Both the position numbers and the translations under genes were made by a program. DNA of 63,656 nucleotides, the filler included, from Nemertoderma westbladi (Eukaryota > Animalia > Xenacoelomorpha): NCBI GenBank assembly GCA_032718475.1. It is 4 parts of 4 records of this genome, joined end to end, with 100 filler letters (N's around TTAATTAATTAA, not from the genome) between each part and the next. Parts side by side here need not be neighbours in the genome. Positions count along the whole stretch, not along the records: positions 33,061 to 52,302 come from JAUCBJ010007085.1; 3 more parts are not named here. The stretch is one strand, 5' to 3'. Each line of letters starts with the position of its first letter. Positions within the stretch are counted from its first letter, which is position 1. The notes beneath the pieces were generated by a model, which saw nothing but the letters and a program-made list of their open reading frames with translations, was not told where the DNA came from and ran no database searches. Positions 34,940 through 48,090 of the stretch are shown here, piece after piece.

Positions 34940-36685
34940 GTGCAATTATAAAAATCGCTGTAACTCTGGTGCAACACGACCGTATTCGATGAAATTTTCA
35001 TTGTTACGTACGGTAATTAATGCGTTTACAATTGCTATACTCAATATATTTATAATCGGTATGATTTTTAAACTATAAGAGTTTAAGAGCCGGGAATTGC
35101 CAAATTGTGGCTACGTAAGCCAGATTTGACCACAAAATTGACCAGGTTCGTGCAACTCTTGAAAATTTTGGAATATGTCAATTTTGTTCTACTATCATGT
35201 TCTATAAATGACCAAAGTTAAAAAAAATATAATTCCTAGGAAGTTGTTTTATTTTTGATAAATATGTAATTTTATGGTGAAAATTTGTTAATTTTGTTAA
35301 AAATGAGTGAAAATTTGACGGTTTGGAGTAAAATTGGGTGGGTTGGGCCAACTCATATAAATTGTTGCCAGTGTCATTTTTCTTATCCTAAAACGTTCTT
35401 TAATTGAGCACAGTTTTAGAAAATATAATTCCTAGGAAGTTCTTAAACTAAAGCTCAGACTTTCAAAAAGACGGTCATTTAACGGACTTTTTTTATTTGT
35501 CTGTCATACCTACACACTATGTCGAAATCGAATATGGCGTGCATATTCGGATTCAGCACACCAAAATGTACCTATATAGTATATTTTGAAGTAATCTGAG
35601 GCTAAAATAAAAAAAAATGAAAAAATGAAAAAAAATTTCGCCAAAATTTGCCAAACTTCCAAAAATACTTAACTTGCTCAGATTTTCATGAAATTTGGTA
35701 CGGATGTGCCCAAAGCAATTCTAAGAAACTAATTTGAAGGATTTACGGAAAAATGCAATTTAAGCCGAAATATCGCATTTTAAGTGCCTAATTTTAGGCT
35801 AAATTTCAAGAAAATACAGATTTCCTAAGTTTGGCCCTTATTTACTACAAGAAGCGAAAACTTTTTGTATTAACATTAAATGGATAAAATGTAGAGCTAT
35901 CTTATCCATCTGTGATGTTAAAGTTTCAGAAAAATATAAACAGACAATTCGGAGAAAACCACTTTCTACCAAAACCTATTTTGTCAACTTCCAAAATTAC
36001 CATTTTTCGGCCCCAATTTCCGGCCCTTAATATTCAGGTAACGCACAATATCAATAACAGTAATGGAACTCCCATCTTCCCTCTATATAACGCAAGTGGA
36101 ACGGCTTCATTCTAATTAAAAGATACAGAGTTATAATGATTTAAAAATTGTCAAAAATATCCAAATTTGGCCCAAAATTGGCCAAAAGTTAAATTATTGG
36201 CATACTGTTTAATATTTTTGGCCAATATTTTGACCCGATGAACAACTGTACTGGATATGTATTCGGTATGAGTTTCAATCGAAATGGCCAAACTGCTTTG
36301 GTGATAGCGACAAAACAATGTAAAATTTTACCATCGGGATATTTTTTGGGTAAAATTAAAATGTGGCCAAAATGGCCAAATTTGGCTAAACGAAATTTTT
36401 TAATAAAACTTGCAAATTTATCCGCGCACAAAGTCTCTGGAGAACATTTGAAGATTTCAGTCACCTTCATTCCGAATTTCACCATTTAGTGCTAGAAGTT
36501 TCCAATTTGGGGCAAAAATCCACTTTTGGTTGCCAATTTGGAAATGTTGGGGGACTAAATTGAAAAAACAAAAGCGTACAAAATTCTTAGAATAACAAAA
36601 ACTACAAACGTGGCAAATTTCAGAGTATATAATTCCTAGGAAATCGTAAAACGCTCCGAGTAAGCTTCACTTTCTATATACTAAT
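34940..36685. mobile_element. Unclassified AT-rich non-autonomous interspersed element
   Basis: Recurrent TATAATTCCTAGGAA (three times) and AAATTTGG/CCAAATTT motifs, typical of non-coding DNA-transposon or Helitron derivatives. Boundaries are approximate. Confidence 0.35.
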
Positions 36686-36777
36686 GTTGGAACGCCTACG
36701 CCCGGTGTGGGAGAATCCTCACGAAGGATCCTCCCACGTTGTGTTGTTTTTAGGTTTACATAAGAACCGCATATCCA

Positions 36778-38045
36778 ACTAGGATCGGCATGCTGCATTG
36801 CAGCTGCATTTTTAAGAATGCTTGTCAACAAAATTGCACCGCCACAACTCCCTATCACCCATGACATTTGCTAGATCATCCGCATCTTTAAGGCCAGTGT
36901 CCTTTAAGATGCGTCTCAAGAAAGTCATGGGCTGTCCACCATGCTTATTCACTCCATGAGGGTGCCAAAGTACAAGATTATGCACTGGCTGGTCCTCACG
37001 GCGAAAGCAATGTCCTGCAAAGCGGAGGCGATTTTGTTCTAGTGTCAAGCTTGGGGGAACCAATGAGACACCTCCAATGTTATATAGTGTCTGGTTGGAG
37101 ATGTGTGCATTGTACTTGACACAATGTACCCGGCGTAGCATTCTTGTGAATGTGCCATCCAGAGATTTGGTGTCCTCAGCAGTTAGAGCCCAGCATGGAC
37201 TGCCGTAGAGGAGTACTGGAACTACTGCTGCTCTAAATAATCGGACCTTAAGTTTCCGATTAATTCTAGGTGACTTCCAAATCCTGGAAAGCCTATTCAA
37301 GGCTGCCCATGCCTTTCCCTTACGTATTCGAAGGTCCTCACCTGACTTCCGGATCCATGATCCCAGGTAACAGAAGTCGTCCACATGCTCAAGCATACCA
37401 TCCTTTGAGCTTATGCTCATCCGATCAGAGACTTGCTGAGGACTTTCAAAGTTAACTGTCAGAATTTTGGTCTTTCTGGAGTTAATAAAAAGACCAACAC
37501 TAGAAGCAGCATGTTCTAATGAGCTGAGGAGCCGCTGGGCTCCCTCTAATGATTCTGAGAGTACTCCTAAGTCATCAGCAAAGTCTAGATCAGTTAGGTA
37601 CTTGGCAGGATTTCCTCGACTTCTGGAGCCAGTAGGTGGAGTTATCATCACCCCATCATCATTATGATGATCTAAGGACATGCGTAGAACATAGTCAACC
37701 ACAATAATGAACAAGAATGGTGCAAGTGTGTCTCCTTGGAGGACGCCCCATAACACTTCAAATGGTTCTGTGTCACCGTCAACAGTAGACACAAATGTTG
37801 TCGAACCATCGTATACTGATCTGATTGCTGCAATAATTTCATCAGGAATCCCATATAATGAAAGTATGCTGAACATACGTGAGCGAGAGACTGAATCAAA
37901 GGCCTTGAAGAAGTCAACAAAGATAACAGCCAGATGCCTGTCTTTCTTTTTTGATAACTCTTCAATTATCCTTCTAAGTGCCAAAATGGGCTCCATGGTC
38001 CCACGACCTTTACGGAACCCATTCTGATTTCCACGTAGCAGTCTC
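36778..38045 (-). mobile_element. RTE family 1 LINE, 5'-truncated, longest copy with open RT ORF (36812-37996)
   Basis: QNGFR, FVDFFKAFDSV, GVLQGDTLAPFLF, LDFADD. Near-identical to 31632-32637. Confidence 0.95.
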
Positions 38046-38851
38046 TCACAAAATATAAGCTGGTTGGTTGGTTATATTTGTTTTTTTTTGGTTGTGCAAA
38101 ATCAGTTCTGATTGCAGAAATATTAATTACATTTCCCAATTTGTCACATTTAGTTCTTTCTCTGGTCGGTTTCTTTTATAATTCTATATTTTATAATTGT
38201 ATTTTATAATTACAGGCCCATATTGTTTCAATGTTTCAATATTTACAAATAAACTTAAATACATGTTTCTTCTATATACCCTAAACATTGCTACATATTA
38301 CTATGTTTAATTTAATCTAGACTCACTATATTTACTTCCAGACCTATAATGTAGCTATTAATGCCCCATATGGGTGTCCCATAAAATTTCATACTTTTTG
38401 AATTTTGATTTGTGCAGCTCAATATTAATTATTTTCAGTAATTATGGTTTCATTGGATAGCTGGAAAGAACTATTATTTTTGTAAACTGATAAATATAAA
38501 ATATGTCAATCAACATGAATTGTTTTAATAAACTAATTAGATACATAAAAATAAAAATCATTGCACTGTACCAAGGTAATAGATGGGGTGTGTACAAAAT
38601 AAAGACTCAAGATCTAAAGACTAAAGACCTGTGCCAAACACATGTGTTAACTTTCGTTTATTGTTTTGGTTCCCCTAACACGCTTCTGTAACCTGCTCCT
38701 TTAAATGGCAATGGGACCTAGCGGTCTTTGGGGCCTAATGCTATTTGGGTCTTATGCGACTTTACCTCTTTGTTTTGTACAGGTCCCAAAGAGCGTTAGG
38801 TTCCATTGCTATTTAAAGGATAAGGTTAGTAAAGGAGCTTATAGTAAAGGA

Positions 38852-39241
38852 AGTCAGGTGAGGACCTTCGAATACGTAAGGGAAAGGCATGGGCAGCCTT
38901 GAATAGGCTTTCCAAGATTTGGAAGTCACCGAGAATTAATCGGAAAGTTAAGGTCCGATTATTTAGAGCAGCAGTAGTTCCAGTACTGCTCTACGGGAGT
39001 CCATGCTGGGCTCTAACTGCTGAGGACACCAAATCTCTGGATGGTACATTCACAAGAATGCTACGCCGGGTTCATTGTGTCAAGTACAATGCACATATCT
39101 CCAACCAGACACTATATAACATTGGAGGTGTCTCATTGGTTCCCCCAAGCTTGACACTAGAACAAAGTCGCATCCACTTTGTAGGACATTGGTTTCGCCG
39201 TGAGGACTAGCCAGTGTATAATCTTGTGCTTTGGCAGCCTC
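38852..39241 (+). mobile_element. RTE family 1 internal fragment
   Basis: Near-identical to 32048-32441. Confidence 0.9.
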
Positions 39242-39527
39242 TGTTAGCGCTTTTAGTAAATTATGTTCTTCCAATCTCAATTTTATATATTTTTGACTTG
39301 TTTGATTCCGTGCAGAGAATCTATGCATTTAGGGCTTCATACAACTGCTAGTCTGACACAATAAACGGAATTGCGCTAGTATGCCTGTCAACAAGGGCCG
39401 CTCACTGTATCGATTACTTCCCTTTCCCTTCCTTCTCATGTATTGATTTGCTCTATAACTTATTTGGTTCGTTCGATACGGTATTTAATTATCTATTGTA
39501 TTTAACTGAAATACTATACCGGGAGGG

Positions 39528-39795
39528 TGTGACAACAAAGTATAACAAGTAAATGGCTGACTAATTAATTCTGTAAGGACTCAAGTTCGGTGTTTGTGTT
39601 TCCCTTTAGGGGAAACGTATAGTGACTTGTCTTTATGTATAATTATATAAATATTTCTATTGTAATTAATTTATGACAACTCTCAATCGTGATACAATTA
39701 ATAATAAGGGCCTTTCTTATATCAACGGTCTGGTATATCGCCATATATTGATTATTTAGTAAGTCAGAGATAGAATAACACACTTATCTATTACA
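39528..39795 (+). mobile_element. Possible LTR
   Basis: Purine tract GGGAGGG immediately before TGTGAC, and the segment ends ATTACA. No partner LTR was found in the window. Confidence 0.3.
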
Positions 39796-40506
39796 ATTGT
39801 CCGAATTACCACTGATACTTAATTGCAAAGACCCACCTTGTGGTTGGCGCGTGTAAAACCGCCTTGATTACGTAATATCGGCGGTATAATCAATGATAAG
39901 AGAGCAAATTAAGTTTAACGACAGAACAAATTATAAGTGCAAATATAATTATTATTAACAAGGCATAAGAACATGACATACAGACATTATACATAAGACA
40001 TGTAATAAACACCGCTGTCAGTAATCTGACCAGCAGTTGTGAGGCCTGCATGAGAAGGTAATTCCTCAGCAGGGCACTGATTACAAGTAGTTGGATAAAC
40101 TAACAACGAATATTATATACGTAGGTAAAGGCCAATAGAATAATTTGGGTCAATGGGAGATCACTCACTCCATTGATGTTCCCAAACACACAGATCAGTT
40201 CAAATATAGGTATAATAGCACTAGATGGGGTAAGAACCTTTGCTAAAGAATAATCTACAAGAAATAATTAATATAACACTGTAACCAGTCCTTTAGCAAT
40301 AAAAATACAGTTATTTGGGTAAATTGGTAAAATAAGTAATTTTAAAGGCAGGATTTATAACTGCAGCAACACCGCTTCCATTCATTTAGCTACCAGGGTG
40401 TTAAAGTCAAGACAGAAGTTCAAATTCGAGCATAAAAATAAACTAATAAGAAAATAATTGAGTTATCAATACCAAACTGGATTTATACAGAGCGTACGTA
40501 GTCAAT

Positions 40507-40775
40507 CATATATAAAAAATCTCAACTCGTGAACAAATTGAATCGAGCAGATTAGTGAATATCTATCGCCTCTAAATAAGCAAACTATAGTGCCAAGAGT
40601 ATCTAATACATATATAAAAGGTTTCAGCTCGTGAACAAATCAAATTAAATGGATTATTGGGTACCAATTACTTCCAAATAAGCAAACTATAGTGCTAAAG
40701 AGTATATCCAATACATATAAAAGGTCTCAGCTCATCAACAAATAAGCTAAATGAATTATTGGGGATACCACTTAC
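40507..40775. repeat. Tandem repeat of about 103 bp, about 2.6 copies
   Basis: Repeating CATATATAAAAGGT.TCAGCTCGTGAACAAAT...AAATAAGCAAACTATAGTGC. Confidence 0.8.
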
Positions 40776-40786
40776 TTATTTTACGC

Positions 40787-42000
40787 TCATAATATAAAGT
40801 AGGAATATAAGTGGTATAAAGTAGAATAGCCATAATAAAAGTAACCGGAAAAAATAACGTTTATTTTCGGGTTCTTTTTCTTTCTGGGGGGTCTATTGCG
40901 ACGTTTCGGTGGCGGGGAGCCATTACCAGGTACCGGAGGTGGAGAACCTTGCACTTGTAGCCCTTCAGTCGCGGAAGGATGAAGTTCCAATGAGTCGGAA
41001 GGGGGTGCAACAGTTCGTACGGTTGGTTCACCAGTAGATGTTCCCGGTTGAGGTTCGCTAACCACGATTGATGTGGGAACAGAATAGCGCAATAACTTTA
41101 CATAGGCTAACGTAATCGCGCAATCTGCTGTTAATTCGCAGAATAATCCCACAATCTGATATATTTCAGAAGGGATATTTCGTCGTCCCTTTGGGTCGAG
41201 TTGAAAGATATTTGACTTTGCTATATGTTCAAGATGCTTCTGCAGGGGCCCGACTTCGGTATCGTCGAGGGGATTAACCAGAGATAGGAAATCCACGCTG
41301 CAGACAGGATGCTCGGGTTTCGTTATACAATGTCAACCGAGCGAGACGAAATCCGGGTGGTCCTGAGTCCCATAGCACGGGAATGGCGAGGACGTCTTTC
41401 GAGGTAATTATCCCGAATTAAAGTCTTTGTTTGATCAGCTCGACCGGGAGGAGCGATAATCCATTTATTAGTATCGTCGCATATAGGCTCTACGATGTGA
41501 GCTTACAACATCAGAGCATTTGCATCTAAATTGGGGTTAGAGATGTCGGTGTCGAGAGGTATCGGGTTTGACTGTAAGCGACACCGAAAATGCTTTACAG
41601 ACCCAGACATGTGAATATGTGCTTTACTTTGGAACCCTTCCATTACAGTCGACAGGACCAAAGAAGCTAATTCACGTTCATCGTGCAATCGTTCACGCTC
41701 CTCACTCTTCCTCCTCACGTCCATACGGGTGACATACTCTGAGTGAGTTCGGTAGATTCACCGGTGAGATCAGCCGTCATCGTATCCATCATCTCCACAT
41801 GCTGTCCCGAGAACTTCGTTTATCGGAAGAGGGTGTTTCAACATATTGAGGTGCGAGTTTGAGTATATGACTGCAACGGGGGTAGGCAGACGTCACCACC
41901 CCAACCAGACAGCCACATGCCGCAACACAGTCCCTGGTCGATCCCTGAATGGCGAGACTCGAGTTTGCAACTACCAGCGGTACTGAAGCATCGTGGCTAT
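40787..42000 (-). pseudogene. GC-rich orphan coding relic downstream of a BEL integrase
   Basis: ORFs 41503-41724 and 40787-41296 on the BEL strand. Pro/Ser-rich tail with a basic cluster PPKRRNRPPRKKK. Confidence 0.35.
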
Positions 42001-42359
42001 ATGCTAAACTCTCATCAAGCCAGGGAGACGGGGGACTGGTCCGGAGCCAGATGTGTCTGCTACAATCCTCGCATCAATGAAAGGTTGGACAATTCTATAC
42101 GCTTCACACGAACTCACACGATATATTTATTATTCACACGTTTTAGCTTAATTTAAAGGTCATTCACGTATTTTAATTTAATTTAAAGTCAAAATATGGT
42201 TCAAAAGACTTATTTAATATATACCAGAATGTCACTGTTTGTGTATCCAAGATAATAGGTTGAGTTTATGTAATGCAAACTGTACTAAAAGGTTGCATTC
42301 ACAGTTATACGGACACCATTTGTGTTTTCAGAGAAATACGTTGTTTCGGTTTTAATTAA

Positions 42360-43080
42360 GGGGGGGGGGGGGGGGGGGTACACCATTTTGGTCAAAAATA
42401 TGTCGAAATTTTTTTTATTATCTATTATAATGCACCATTGAATGGTGTTTCCAAATCTGAAAACCGCTATTTAATAGCTCTTTTAGTTTTTAAGTTATAA
42501 CAATTTCCATTTAGGAATTCCTATTGAAATTACTATTACTATATATAATGAAAGGTCGATTATCTCAAAATATTTTTTTTATGAAATTGTCAACTTCAAA
42601 ACCCTAATACTTCTAAAATTTTTGAGCAATTAGTCTGAAACTTTCTGTGGGTATCTACATAGCCACCCTGCATAAAAGCATCGGACAACTTTTCGAAATT
42701 ATTTGTTAATAAAATTTTATACTATTTATAACAAACCTAAAAATTAGGCATAAATTTGCAGCGCCACCTAGCGGTGCAGAATTATTTTTACAAAATTTCG
42801 CCTGATAGTTATGTTGCCCCATCTTTGATCTATCATATAAAAAAAACTTTCATGTGATTAGATTCAAAACTGTAAAAGCCTTAGGGTTTTAAGCGCAACC
42901 AAGTTTTTTTTGTTGTTAACTAGTATTAACTAATATTAAATAGCGAAAAATAAAAATTTTCTAACCTGTCATGTAGAATAGCATCTTAGGCACCTATATT
43001 CCAAATTTTAGCCAAAATCAAACAATTTTGAAACGCTGAGAGTGATAAATCGAAGAGTTGTCCGAAAATGGTGCACCTCC
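42360..43080. mobile_element. MITE, Kolobok-like
   Basis: Starts after TTAA with GG...GTACACCATTTTGG. The inverted right end CCGAAAATGGTGCACCTCC ends at about 43080. Internal GCGCCACCTAGCGG. Confidence 0.45.
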
Positions 43081-43599
43081 AAAAAAAAAGAAAATGGTGT
43101 TAATCCAAATTGTTCGGCGACATGCTGGTAAATGTAGAAATTAGAATGCTCAGTTGCACTTATTTCACACCAGTAACTATTGTAATAGTTATTTGATCAT
43201 TTATGGCGATATTTAATTTGGGTTGTATTAATTTTGGTTATTATTATTAATTTGTATTAAATACAACATTTTTGAAAAATTTTCGCATATTTCTATGCTG
43301 GTAACGTCACACAAATCCGCTTCCACGATTGAGTATTGTCGTTAGTAATTAGTCACTTATTTTGAATTATTTAAGTTTTAAGTCAAATAATTTACTGTTA
43401 AATTAAATTGTTGCACATGTCGCGATCATATACAATGTACAATTAACATAAGTTGGTTTTGTTGCTACCTGCAGTGTAGTCTAATACTAATACCTACGTT
43501 GTATTAAATGGATAATAAATAATTGCACACTCAATCGTAACCTTCTACAAGACGTTACTCAAGTTTGTATGTGAGACTGCTTGGTCTAACCCTCTGTTG

Positions 43600-45100
43600 C
43601 CCGTGGTTACCAGAACGTACCCTTGCCAGTTCTAATAAACAAAGGCATTGGTCGGTTGAAATAGTGTACTTTCGGTTTAGGTGTAGCTCTCCAAATAGCT
43701 AGTTCAACTGAGCGTACCAAACCATATTTTCCTTGATGAATTTATGTTATACGTCCTGTGTCCCAGTTCTTTCTAGGTTGGTCTTGATCCACTAAGAGTA
43801 CAATATCACCTCTTCTTCCTTTAATTTAATTTAATATATACATACCAACCCCCTGTTAGTCAGTATGTCGTTAACATCAATTATCATACAATATCACTGT
43901 CTGATACATTTTCCTTCTTAGAAAACCATTTAGTTCTGAGCTGGTCCGACGGTAAGTAGTGTCTTTCGAAATGTGTAGCAAATTGACGTGATAGTAATTG
44001 CATCATTTGCCAAGTGCGTCTCAACAGCTCATCACCATCCTGTGGGTTGGATTTTGGTAACATAGTTACTGGTTTTCTTAGCATAAAATGGGACGGCAAT
44101 AGTGGCTCCATGGCTTGTGGATTAGACGAAATGGGTAAGAGGGGTCTATCATTTAGATAACTCGCTATCTCCTCTAGAAGAGTTCGGAGTAGCTCGTCAG
44201 TTAGATAGGCTTTACATGGGATGATGTGGTGGAATGCCCTCTTTGTGCTTTTAATCAGTCGTTCCCAACTTCCTCCCCACCAAGGCGCGTCGGCTGCGTT
44301 GAACGTCCATGATACCGATACCCTTAGGTGTTCTTCAAGCTGGTGATCGTTCCAATCGGCGATGAATTTAGTGATTTCCTTATTGGCGCCCATGAAATTC
44401 GTTCCCTGGTCGGATCTCATAGTGCGGCTGGTACCAAATCGACCTATTTTTCTTCTCAGGCAAAGGATAAAACTTTTCATTTACATATCGTTAACCATGT
44501 CTAAGTAAATGGCTCGAAAGGTCATGCAAACAAAGATGACACACCATCTTTTCACCATTGTACGGGCGCGCTTGACTTCGAAAGGTCCGAAGAGATCTAC
44601 GCTGGTATGGGTGAATGGGGGTTGGTAACATTCGACTCGTTCCCTTGGGAGCGCCGCTTCTAGTTGAGTCATCGGCTTGCTATAAATCCTTTTGCAAAGT
44701 ATACAGTTTCGTAGTATTTGGTTGAGAGCTGCATGGGGGTGTACCAGGTAATATCGCGTTCTTATCTCACTTAATATATGTTCCCTCTCAGCGTGATAGA
44801 GTCGGTCCCTCTCAGCGTGATAGAGTCGGATAGAGTCGGATAGTATCAATTTGGTCTGAATTTCCGGGTCGAATATTAATATGGGAAACATAGTATCTCT
44901 AGAGATCGGAGCATTAGTGAGGCGACCTCCAACTCGAATTAAACCATTTATCATTATACTGGAAAATTTGTCCGCCAATGGAGTTAGGGGGTCAACACTG
45001 AGCTGGTTATACTTCTCAGGCTTCTCCAGTCTTTGTGAAACTCTCAATAACTGCAAATTTGATTTATCTACTTCATTAGCAGTTAAGATGTTCTTCTAAT
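43600..45100 (-). mobile_element. BEL/Pao relic 2 (integrase region)
   Basis: LIRVGGRL..A, YHAERE...CILC zinc finger, VDLFGP, SDQGTNF, APWWGGSWERL, YLNDRPL, then a DUF5641-like GDIVLLVD..PRKNW.TGRIT. One in-frame stop at 44481 and a 24-bp tandem duplication near 44790. Confidence 0.9.
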
Positions 45101-45135
45101 GCTAAAATGTTCTTCTCTGTTGTGTGATATATTCT

Positions 45136-45264
45136 GAATTGAGTTTGATAAAGGCCTGTTGGCTGAATTATTACTCACTAAACCGATATTTTTTCGATCA
45201 CCTTTATTGGTCTCTAATTCCGAAACTAGTTTATAATGTAGCTCTTTATAAGGTTACCAAAATA
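45136..45264 (+). pseudogene. Degenerate N-terminal exon of a Cys-loop (nAChR-like) receptor
   Basis: ELSLIKA..NYYSLNR...LVYNVALYKVTKI aligns by eye to the region preceding DEKNQ. The expected GT donor is missing (ATA|TAA). Confidence 0.4.
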
Positions 45265-45410
45265 TAATAGAATTCTTTTTAAGAAATTCCGAGAGTTACA
45301 GATGATTTTATTAAAGATGAGAACTCAACATATACAATAGCACACTGTTGTCTTTTTGTGATTATTTTATAAATAAGAATGGTTAACAAAGTTAATTATT
45401 TATTTGACAG

Positions 45411-45562
45411 GATGAGAGATTGCAATTGGTGAAGTTTATCGTTTGGTATAGGTTATACTGGACCGATCAACTTCTATCTTGGGACACGGATGAATTCAAT
45501 ATAACCTCAGTATCTTTGGACCCTAATATGGCATGGAGACCTGATGTAATTATTTATAACAG
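45411..45562 (+). CDS. Cys-loop ligand-gated ion channel (nicotinic acetylcholine/5-HT3 receptor-like) extracellular-domain exon
   Basis: TTTGACAG acceptor, then DERLQLVKFIVWYRLYWTDQLLSWDTDEFNITSVSLDPNMAWRPDVIIYN, then AG|GTATC donor. Matches the DExxQ..W..W.D..L.W and WxPDxxxYN motifs. Confidence 0.8.
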
Positions 45563-46188
45563 GTATCATTAATCATATACATGAATATCATAAATCCATG
45601 ATAATTAATAAATTTCAATAAAATTAATTATAAAAATTATTTTTTGGCTAGATATTTCGTATATATCATTTGTAGATAGTATTAAAAATAATTATTGTTT
45701 TAAATGTTATGAATGGATGGGTGGGTGAAGAGTGAAGATGCTACACAAGGACAATGCACATACTACTAAATGATATTTATTATTTTTAATTACCATCTAA
45801 TTTTTTACTTTGAAATTTTTAACATTAATTTAGAGGCCGATAAGATTATTTGAAAAGTATCGCAGATTTTATTTGTTGGTTATTAGTTTTGATGTTTGCT
45901 GGAATCTCATATCTGTCTGTTAGTCCGATTTTAACAAACAGACAGACAGACAAATGGAACGGAAGATTGGGAGATAGCGATATCTCGATAATTTAAAGAG
46001 ATAATGCTAAGCCATTTTCACATTTGAAATTTTCAATAAATTTTGTTGTTGATGAAATTAAAAAAAACAATAATCGGAAGGTACCGGTAGTGTTAAACGG
46101 ATGATGCCAAGAGGCCTGATGGCTGCTCTTTCATGAAACAACGAAATGTGCGGTTTCCGGAAGACCTCTTCCTGCTTGGGTCGGTCGC

Positions 46189-47226
46189 ATGGGGAATAAA
46201 AAGAAAATTCGCCATGCCTCCGATATCTATATGGTATTTAACGAGAGCACCTTTGTAGATGCTCCAGCGAGACCTACCTTCTTCGCTTTAAATCCCTGCC
46301 GCCTACCTTCTACTGACCGTAAAGCGGCAAAGGCAATGGTTCAATCTCATGACCTGAGGGACTTACGATCTATTCTGTCCGACTTACGGGTGGAAGTTGC
46401 TAGGAACACGACAAATATCGGTAGTACTGCACGGCAAGGCGATGTACTGGAACTGAGAAACAAGATTGAGATATTGCGCAACCAGCATTGTGTCGAATCC
46501 GGCGATCGTGCTCTGCTTAGGCCTGCGCCTACTTTAGGCTTCATGGATCACTCGTATTCGTGCGCGGGTCTCTCGGAGGGTATCGATTCCTCGACTACCT
46601 CGTTCAGTGTTATTATCGACTCTTGCGGGCCTACTCCCTCCATTATGGAGTTGCCTTACCGGGACGCATTGTCTACCGCCCAATCCGCCCCCGGGGCTTC
46701 CTCGAGGCTCGGTGCGCCCCCGGCGTCTAACCCGAGATATGTTCCTTCTTCGGGTTTGGGTCGCAGGAGAGGAGCCGGTCCTCCGGCAGCCCCCCGACTG
46801 CCGGAGCAGTTAGGTGAGTTGGATTCTGTTCCAGATAAAGATGGCTTTTTGCAATATCTCAGAAAGAGACGATCGCGCAAGCCGCTGGTTTCGGGAACCG
46901 GAGAATTTGCTGAGTTGCAGGCTGTGGAGAAACAGCTGGCTCTGAAGAAGCTGTTCGTAACTCAACTGCAGCCCACGGCTACATCTGATTCTATAGTGGA
47001 CTTTCTGAAGAACAAACACGATATTGAGACGGTGTCGGTTGTTGCTAACTCGAAGAAGAAGTTTGACGACTACAGTTCGTTCATCATCTCCACTCGAGAC
47101 CACGATGTGTATGAGCGGCTATCGAATCCGGCCATTTGGCCTAGGTTTAGCATGATAAAGCCGTACAAGTATTGGGGCCCAGGCTCGTTCTATGGTCCCA
47201 GAAAGCGTGATGGCACCCATATCTAG
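46189..47226 (+). CDS. LINE ORF1 protein
   Basis: PTFFALNPCRLP, a coiled coil, and a C-terminal RRM-like LFVTQLQP...YSSFII...PAIWP. Confidence 0.7.
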   Translation: MGNKKKIRHASDIYMVFNESTFVDAPARPTFFALNPCRLPSTDRKAAKAMVQSHDLRDLRSILSDLRVEVARNTTNIGSTARQGDVLELRNKIEILRNQHCVESGDRALLRPAPTLGFMDHSYSCAGLSEGIDSSTTSFSVIIDSCGPTPSIMELPYRDALSTAQSAPGASSRLGAPPASNPRYVPSSGLGRRRGAGPPAAPRLPEQLGELDSVPDKDGFLQYLRKRRSRKPLVSGTGEFAELQAVEKQLALKKLFVTQLQPTATSDSIVDFLKNKHDIETVSVVANSKKKFDDYSSFIISTRDHDVYERLSNPAIWPRFSMIKPYKYWGPGSFYGPRKRDGTHI

Positions 47227-48090
47227 TTTGCTCCGTATATGTACATTTAACTGTAATGGCATTGATAATAACCTGCCCCACGTTACTAAGTTGCTAGACA
47301 GTCATGATATTGTTTTTTTACAGGAAACTTGGATGGTAAAGCAAGATCTGCATAAACTGAATTCTATCCACGATAGTTTTTTTGGTAGGGGAGTCTCCTC
47401 AGTTGACCTGTCCCTCAGCCCGAGGGTGGGTAGGCCGCATGGTGGTTTGGCGGCTTTATGGCGCAAGCCATTGGCTCCTTATATTAATTTTCAGGAGTTC
47501 AATGAGGAGCGTATTATGGGTCTGCGGGTTGGCGCCCCGGATGGCCCACAGAGCCTTTTTCTCAATGTTTATATGCCGTGCGAATCGAACGATAATATGG
47601 ACCATTTCTCTGAATTTTTGGGTAAATGTGGTTCGATCATTGATTTTAATACTTTTACTAGTAACTGTATATTGGGAGACTTTAACGCTGACCCGCGCCG
47701 AAGCTTTGGCAAGGAACTTATGAAATTTTGCGACAGTGAAAAGCTGTATATTTCTGACTCTCATTTGTTACCTAGTAACTCGTTCACATACACGAGCCAT
47801 GTACACGGTACCGTGTCTTGGCTCGACCACGTGATATCGAGTTGCGAATTTCATAAGTTAATTTTGGATATGATGATACTGTATGAGGTGTCAGATTTTG
47901 ATCATATGCCTATTTCATTCAAATTTATTTTTTCGCAGTGTGATCATTTTTGTAATGGAACTAATAATTTGAATAATGACTCACGTAAGAATTATAGCGC
48001 CCCCTTCTGGGACAAAGTAGATAATAACATGAAACATGCATATGCCGATCGTACTAATGTTTTATTTTCTGATATTATATTGCCCCTATA
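47192..48090 (+). CDS. LINE ORF2 apurinic-like endonuclease domain (truncated)
   Basis: TFNCNG, FLQETW, HGGLAALW, NVYMP, ILGDFNAD, SWLDH, SDFDHMPI. Confidence 0.85.

Noticed and set aside
43835-43860. PPT plus 3' LTR start of the BEL element
   Set aside because: Sequence beyond it still encodes the integrase C-terminal domain (GDIVLLVD...GRIT), so this is a small insertion and not an LTR.
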